From NCBI GenBank assembly GCA_010909165.1, contig VJWM01000118.1, positions 310,001 through 374,000 of the forward strand: DNA of 64,000 nucleotides. The letters run 5' to 3'. Position numbers and translations under genes: made by a program. Shown one piece after another: positions 63,131 to 64,000 of the stretch. Within the stretch, counting starts at the first letter, position 1; every line of letters starts with the position of its first letter. Under the pieces are notes generated by a model that was given only the letters and a program-made list of their open reading frames with translations, was not told where the DNA came from and did not search any database. The stretch comes from Anthoceros angustus (Eukaryota > Plantae > Anthocerotophyta).

Positions 63131-64000
63131 TGTGGCGGACTTTGCGATGGACCGCGCACAATCCGTGTCGTTGTAGGAAGAAGTCCGTTCCCAAGGGAAT
63201 GATAGGCTGCCATCGGCTTTGTGATTCTACCGCCCTTAGCGCCACCCTCAACACACACACATACTCCTAACTACTCACGCGTTCACCGACAGCTGTGATG
63301 GCCAAACGTTTAAGGACCCGTTCGTCGTTGCCATACATCCTCACGCATCCCCTTTCCTCTCTCCCTCACGCTACACTCTTGGTCTTAGAAAAGACGCGGT
63401 TACTGCCGGACCTCCGTCGTTCGCGGGCCTCTCGTCCGGGCTCTACACGCCTCCCGAGTTCCTCCGGCCACACGCTTCGGGCCGGCCGCTGCTCGACGAG
63501 CACGGGTCATCACCCTTCCCCCGCACACCACAGCGTTAAGTCCGTCACGGGACCTTGATCAATCTCCCGAGTCTGTGCTCGCTGACTCAGACTCACGTTA
63601 GCAAGAAGACTCACAAAGGTCCGCAAGAACGGCATCAACACCAAGAGAAAGATGCTTTACTAGAGCACTCTTATATCTGCGCCCAAGGGCGTCTTTATTA
63701 CACCCCTATTCGAGCCGACAGCCCGGTATACCCTAATCGGCCGCCTACCATCCTATTTCCCCCTATCTCCTTCACATGGGTGGAAGGTCCTGGCCGCCTC
63801 GGAATGGGTGGTCCAATCCCCGTCACAGCACAATCGGATGATCCGTGAGGCGGGCCCTCCTCTCCCGAATCCTGTCAGCTCTGGCGGTCGACAACCGCCA
63901 TTACCGTCATCCTCCTCCGTGGCTCTCCTCGAAGTCCTCCACAAAGGTCTCGCATCCGCTCCCCTAGCGTAAGTCGAAGGGGCTCCTCATCGCCGCAGCC
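63131..64000 (-). repeat. 5' LTR (3' end only; truncated by the window edge)
   Basis: TGTGGCGGACTTTGCG... immediately after the PBS, collinear with 52096 onward. Confidence 0.85.

Larger units (their letters stand above)
42685..64000 (-). mobile_element. Tandem Ty3/gypsy (non-chromovirus, Athila-like) array: LTR-gag/pol-LTR-gag/pol-LTR, running off the window
   Basis: Two gag-PR-RT-RH-INT cassettes in gypsy order, tRNA-Asp PBS, PPT, shared middle LTR. Confidence 0.9.

Noticed and set aside
63925-63962. gag fragment (GAAGTCCTCCACAAAGGTCTCGCATCCGCT) embedded in the LTR
   Set aside because: Identical to ~62565-62595 and absent from the other LTR copies; most likely a consensus chimera.

Overview
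Nuclear DNA of a land plant. Short GT-AG introns, tight gene spacing and single-domain DUF26 genes suggest a non-seed plant with a compact genome, but this is inference and the species cannot be determined. Layout: (1) 1-4697 is the end of a + strand LTR of an Athila-like Ty3/gypsy family. (2) 4.7-9.3 kb is AT-rich DNA with foldback repeats, a 62-bp MITE and an intronless RING-H2/TM ORF. (3) 9.3-23.6 kb is a GC-rich island of four spliced minus-strand genes: CHUP1, an At2g45460-like FHA/coiled-coil gene, a steroleosin/11-beta-HSD-like SDR and an OEP16-like PRAT gene. (4) 24-30 kb is an AT-rich island with two divergent intronless secreted Gnk2/DUF26-like genes. (5) 31.5-40.1 kb is a decayed ORF containing the C-terminal half of a beta-class N4-C/N6-A DNA methyltransferase, split by a 7.3-kb array (4 LTRs, 3 short internal spacers) of a non-autonomous LTR element. 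(6) 42.7-64 kb is an LTR-gag/pol-LTR-gag/pol-LTR tandem of the autonomous family on the minus strand, whose ~4-kb LTR seems to carry a ~2.4-kb ORF in U3. The retroelement copies are full of 1-bp indels and exact local duplications that look like unpolished long-read assembly error, so most ORFs called at 1-4.7 kb, 32.5-39.8 kb and 42.7-64 kb are shadows or fragments. Best leads: the amino-methyltransferase remnant, the LTR-encoded ORF with its non-autonomous partner, and the non-canonical DUF26 proteins.
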